26,214 bases of DNA from Macrostomum lignano. Taxonomy: Eukaryota. Positions 20,755-26,214 of the stretch are shown in pieces (position 1 is the first letter of the stretch; each line of letters starts with the position of its first letter). The notes beneath the pieces were generated by a model. It ran no database searches. It had not been told where the DNA came from and worked only from the letters and a program-made list of their open reading frames with translations. Made by a program: the position numbers and the translations under genes. The stretch covers positions 1 to 26,214 of the forward strand of contig NIVC01005106.1 of the NCBI GenBank assembly GCA_002269645.1, given 5' to 3'.

Positions 20755-22320
20755 AGGAAAATACAGCCTCTAAACAGAAAATGCAGTCTCTAAACAGACA
20801 ATGCAGCCTCTAAATAGACAATACAGTCTCTAAACAGACAATGCAGCCTCTAAACAGAGAATGCAGCCTCTAAATAGACAATGCAGCCTCTAAACAGACA
20901 ATACAGCCTCTAAACAGACAATACAGCCTCTAAACAGACAATACAGCCTCTAAACAGAGAATGCAGCCTCTAAACAGACAATACAGCCTCTAAACAGACA
21001 ATACAGCCTCTAAACAGACAATACAGCCTCTAAACAGACAATACAGCCTCTAAACAGACAATACAGCCTCTAAACAGACAATACAGCCTCTAAACAGACA
21101 ATGCAGCCTCTAAACAGAGAATGCAGCCTCTAAATAGACAATACAGTCTCTAAACAGACAATACAGCCTCTAAACAGAGAATGCAGCTTCTAAATAGACA
21201 ATGCAGCCTCTAAACAGAGAATGCAGCCTCTAAATAGACAATACAGTCTCTAAACAGACAATACAGCCTCTAAACAGAGAATGCAGCCTCTAAATAGACA
21301 ATACAGTCTCTAAACAGAGAATGCAGTCTCTAAACAGACAATACAGCCTCTAAACAGACAATGCAGCCTCTAAACAGAGAATGCAGCCTCTAAATAGACA
21401 ATGCAGCCTCTAAACAGAGAATGCAGCCTCTAAATAGACAATACAGTCTCTAAACAGACAATACAGCCTCTAAACAGAGAATGCAGCTTCTAAATAGACA
21501 ATGCAGCCTCTAAACAGAGAATGCAGCCTCTAAATAGACAATACAGTCTCTAAACAGACAATACAGCCTCTAAACAGAGAATGCAGCCTCTAAATAGACA
21601 ATACAGTCTCTAAACAGACAATGCAGCCTCTAAACAGAGAATGCAGCCTCTAAATAGACAATACAGTCTCTAAACAGACAATACAGCCTCTAAACAGAGA
21701 ATGCAGCCTCTAAATAGACAATACAGTCTCTAAACAGACAATGCAGCCTCTAAACAGAGAATGCAGCCTCTAAATAGACAATGCAGCCTCTAAACAGACA
21801 ATACAGCCTCTAAACAGAGAATGCAGCCTCTAAACAGACAATACAGTCTCTAAACAGACAATACGGCCTCTAAACAGACAATACAGCCTTTAAACAGACA
21901 ATTCAGTCTCTAAACAGACAATTCAGTCTCTAAACAGACAATACAGTCTCTAAACAGAGAATGCAGCCTCTAAACAGAGAATGCAGCCTCTAAATAGACA
22001 ATACAGTCTCTAAACAGACAATGCAGCCTCTAAACAGAGAATGCAGCCTCTAAATAGACAATGCAGCCTCTAAACAGACAATACGGCCTCTAAACAGACA
22101 ATACAGCCTTTAAACAGACAATTCAGTCTCTAAACAGACAATTCAGTCTCTAAACAGACAATACAGTCTCTAAATAGGCAATACAGTCTCTAAACAGGCA
22201 ATACAGTCTCTAAATAGGCAATACAGTCTCTAAACAGACAATACAGCCTCTAAACAGACAATAAAGCCTCTAAACAGACAATACAGCCTCTAAACAGACC
22301 ATAAAGTACAGTCAGTAAAC
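20755..22320. repeat. 20-bp satellite, long array
   Basis: About 78 units of taaa(c/t)aga(c/g)aat(a/g)cag(c/t)ctc with no spacers. Confidence 0.98.
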
Positions 22321-23667
22321 AGACAATAAAGCCTCTAATACGTCAGTTTGAGGCAGGTATCTGACTTTAACTGGTTTTAAACCCCCCCCCGCGCCGGCCT
22401 GGCCTCGCTTTGGTGGGTTGGTGGGGTGCTGGTGCACTGCGTGCGTGCAGGGCTTAGCGCAGCCTCCCCCCCGCTCTGTGCTATTTAGTCACGCGTCGCG
22501 GCCGCTGAGTCGGCGTAATTTTGGCAAAATATTTTTTTCTCTTTTAAATTACAAAATCAATATATTTCGTCGCTTAAGGGGTTCGTTTTCCCTTTCTGGG
22601 CCGCGTCTGCCGGTCTTTTGTGCCACTTGCTTTTATTCTGCGTTAGTCTTTTGGGGTTTAAACAGACCATAAAATACAGCCTCTAAACAGACCATAAAAT
22701 ACAGTCAGTAAACAGAAATAGTACAGGTATAAGCAGGTCAAACATGTATGTATAATTGGAATTTATGAAGCAGCCCTCATTGAGAGTAGGTTGACTGCAT
22801 CTTAACTGGGCTAAAAGAGTTTGTGAATGGTGTATAGGAGCTGCTCTATATACCCTGTGGTTCCAGACTCTAAAAGGAGCATTTGCAGTCAAGCTCTGTA
22901 GCAGCCTTAAGCAGAGCTGAGCGACTCAATGTTTGGTTTGAGAATGAGTGTCTCTACATTTGCTTACACCGAATGCATGCAATTGAGCAGTGACGCGAGT
23001 CGGCAGGTAGTCAGGATGGCATATACATGTAAATTTTTGTACCGCTAAAGCTATACTGGCTGCTTGTCGATGGCATCATCTGCTGAAGCGACAGTCGATC
23101 CTTTTGTAATAAATTATTACATTTTTCAATATCTGTACGAAATATTAAACTTGCTCAGCGTTAGTAGTCAGAAGCAGATCATACATATATCGTTGGAATA
23201 AATACAAGTGTTTGTTTAACTTTTGTTTCAATTTTTAAACTTCAATTTGTGGTTGTTAATAGTTTAAAATTTAATTTGCCGTTTGCTTCTTTGTTAGTTA
23301 TAGCAGTTAAAGATGGATCAAACAGTTTTTTGTACTGTGTATAATAATCGAAAAACTTATAAATGTTTAATAGTTCGGCGAATTCATTCATGCAGTTTCG
23401 TATTGTTCTACTTTCAAAGTAAGCCAGTATGAAATGGTAAGTGTGTATGTACGGTCATTCTTTGTCATGACATGCTATGGTGAGAATGAATTATACTTTG
23501 AATATTTCATGGCATTAGAATATTCTGTTCACAAAACTTTGTACTGGTGCGCCATTCTTTCAAAAGTCCAAAAAAATAAATAAGTCTATCGCGGATTTTA
23601 ATCAAAAGTCAAAAAAGTAATATAGTTTACTAAGATATAGTTTATTTATATATATTAAAATAAATAT

Positions 23668-23879
23668 TCATTGGAAATTCATTGGCTGCGGCTGCTGTTG
23701 CTGCGGCTGCTGTTGCTGCTGCTGCGGCTGCTGCTGCTGCTGTTGCTGCTGCTGCGGCTGCTGCTGCTGCTGTTGCTGCGGCTGCTGTTGCTGCTGCTGC
23801 GGCTGCTGCTGCTGCTGTTGCTGCGGCTGCTGATGCTGCTGCTGTTGCTGCGGCTGCTCCTGTTGCTGCGGCTGCTGCG

Positions 23880-23916
<37 letters not shown>

Positions 23917-24241
23917 CAGAAGGCGGGCGGCGGCCTTCATCGCGTTGCAGCTGGCTACGCGGTGGCGGCCTCCGCAGAAGAAACAAACGACTGGCAATTA
24001 AAAGAAGGGAAATTTTTGCAAAATTTATCAGTAATAATACGAGTAGCATGAAAGTCGGTAACAGGCTACAATTAGATTAAATTTAGGACTATACTCGAAT
24101 GTACTCAAAGCTGAAGATTTACAGTGTCTTAGGAAGGTACTCACTACTCTTTCCGCGTGGGCCGCTGCCGCGCTGCCAGCCGCCTCGCCTACCGCTGCCG
24201 CCTCGCCTTCTACCGCCGCCGAATATTTGTGTAATATGCAT
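23668..24241 (-). CDS. RGG + zinc knuckle + polyQ gene, copy 2
   Basis: Exons 24241-24145 and 23990-23668; same predicted protein as copy 1, with one synonymous CAA/CAG change noticed. Confidence 0.7.
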
Positions 24242-25014
24242 CTTATCTTTTTATTATTATGACTCTAAAAACGAATCAGACTATATAGGCACTGAAACTG
24301 AGGTGTAGGGGCGAATAAAATAGGGGTTATGGGTTGTGCGTCGTCGCTTCGCTGAGCCTTAGGGTGGTTTTCTGTACAAGTCTGAGGCTTCCTATTGGTC
24401 GGTTGTGCAAGCGAGGGTGTGCAGGTCGGGGCTTTAGAGCGGCGATTGGTCTACAAATTGTCTAGCGTACTGGTGGCCATGCAGCCTGACTTGAGGGTCG
24501 CCTGTTTTCTTTCCCGGCTTAGAAGGTGCGAAAATGGCTGAACCAGTCAGCCGCGCCATACAAGTTTTGTTTGTACAGTGAAGTACATGCGACCGCGAAC
24601 TCTTAAAGTATTGCCTACACTTGCTGAGTCAGTCGGTGAGAATTGTGTCACCATAAAACGAGATAGCAAACAAACAAAAGTATCAGGTGAGAAAAGTGAG
24701 GAGACCTTAGCTTACAGCAGAGGGTGCAGTGTGTGCTTTAATGCTGGGCACGGGAGTGATTGGGGTGGGTTGTGTGTCCAGCCAATTAGATTGTGTAATA
24801 AAAATAAAAATGAATGCAAAATTGAGTACAATGTACTGGGCTGGAGGGAGGTGGTGTTTTTTTTTCGTGCTACTTTTATTTCAACATATATACTTTGTGA
24901 TTTGTTGAGCCTATTTTGTTGTCTTAAAGTTAAAGCTTATCATTGCTTAGAAAAAGTTTGATTGATACTTTTTATCAGTTCTTTTTCGACTGTTGGATAA
25001 TTCTTTGTGGCAAA

Positions 25015-26214
25015 ATGGCCTCTTATTCACAGTCACCTTTGAAAAAGAAGTCGAAGAAGGATGGGATTGCAGGTCTGACAGCTGGTCAAATGCCTACGCC
25101 TGTCACTGGCCTTGGTGACGAACCTGAAAGACGTTCACACGTATAATAACAACAAAGGTCAGGGCCAAGTGTTTTCGTTCATCTTGGTGGACGACTCATC
25201 TGAGATGCGAGTCAGCGTCTTCGGTAAGGACCTGCAAGCTGTCTGGGAAGTTTGCAACGATGCTGAAGCCGTTCGCATATCCGGCGGGATGGTGAAGACT
25301 GCCAAGCCAGAGTAGCAAGTGTACGGACAATCCACTTGAGATGACCGTTTCCGTGGATTCCAAGGGCTTCATCTAAAGAAGCAACGAAGTGCCGGTTGCT
25401 CGAGATCCAGTAATTAATTACACTAGTCAACTGCAACAGACTGGATTGGACAGGTGAGTGACTAATTGATTTAGTAGTTTTCGTCATGTATTAGTGCTCA
25501 AATATCGTGGAGTGAAAGTACATGTAATCGTGTTTTTGGGTGACAGTAGTTTGCCTTGTGTTTGAAAATATTTATCATCGCAACACTGTACGAAGCCTGG
25601 GTTATACTTCATGATGCTACTGTTAGTGTACAAATAGAAATCTAATGTGATGCTTAAGTTAGTGTGTAAATAGTTAAAAAAGTATTGCTCCTTTCACTAT
25701 CAGAATCGTCGATGTGCTGGGAGTGATCGACGCCAGGCAACCGTCTGAAGAAGTCCGAACGCGTGCTGGAAGAAGGTTAACGTAGCCAAAGTGACTTTGG
25801 TTGACCGAACCTTCGGCTCTGTAAGCTGCACGTTTTGGGGTTCGTCGTCAGCTCAAGTGGACAGGTGCATCGGCGATGTTTTGTCCATAAGAAGAGCAAA
25901 GGTGCAGGAGTATTCGGGCTCCGTCACGTTGGGATGCTCGAACTCTGACGTAAAAATGCAACAGTGACGATGGTGAAGCCAGAGTCTTGGCTGACTGGTA
26001 TAGGAATGCAAAGGAAGGCGATACCCGGTTTGAACCTGTGCCCGCTCCAGTGCCTACTCCAGGACTGATGAGATTGGAGACGAAAGTGTGACCACCATTC
26101 GGGAGCCTGCTGCCTTGTTTGAGTTTTATGACAAACACTCAAAGGAAATTGTGAGGACTTCGGAATGCCAAAGGTGAGTGATTTTCTACAATTTAGTTGA
26201 TTATTAAATATAAT
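25015..26214 (+). pseudogene. RPA70-like gene B2 (partial)
   Basis: ATG at 25015, the same TAA (25374-25376), donors after 25453 and 26173, acceptor at 25703. Additional small indels may be sequence errors. Confidence 0.8.

Larger units (their letters stand above)
16660..22682. repeat. Tandem segmental duplication, copy 1 (period 6023 bp)
   Basis: ORFs recur at +6023 (16660/22683, 17645/23668, 18076/24099), and the first ~2 kb differ by only scattered substitutions. Exact breakpoints are obscured by satellite. Confidence 0.95.
22683..26214. repeat. Tandem segmental duplication, copy 2 (truncated by the window end)
   Basis: Colinear with 16660 to about 20200; many 1-3-bp indels after about 24840. 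Confidence 0.95.

Noticed and set aside
20755-22320. CRISPR array
   Set aside because: The 20-bp units are contiguous with no unique spacers, there are no cas genes, and the context is eukaryotic (spliceosomal introns, LINE). The same applies to 15991-16377.

Overview
Eukaryotic (probably invertebrate animal) repeat-rich DNA; the host cannot be identified from the sequence. (1) A 5.9-kb non-LTR retrotransposon (I-group, LOA-like; minus strand, 3341-9240) has ORF1, an APE-RT-RNaseH-CCHC ORF2, a (TAAG)3 tail and a 10-bp TSD. It sits in the first intron of a decayed minus-strand RPA70-like OB-fold gene. A 66-bp 5'-truncated copy of the same LINE, with its own 12-bp TSD, lies at 10114-10179. (2) A probable non-autonomous Helitron (~11955-15294) is filled with G-rich minisatellites and has repeated termini. 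(3) There are 21-bp and 20-bp satellite arrays. (4) A satellite-bounded tandem duplication (period 6023 bp; copy 2 runs off the window) carries a head-to-head gene pair: a spliced RPA70 DBD-A/DBD-B-like gene and a two-exon RGG + CCHC zinc-knuckle + polyQ gene that the ORF track only partly shows. Gene models were reconstructed by eye and family calls rest on motif recognition, not database searches. Many 1-bp frameshifts may be sequencing or assembly errors.
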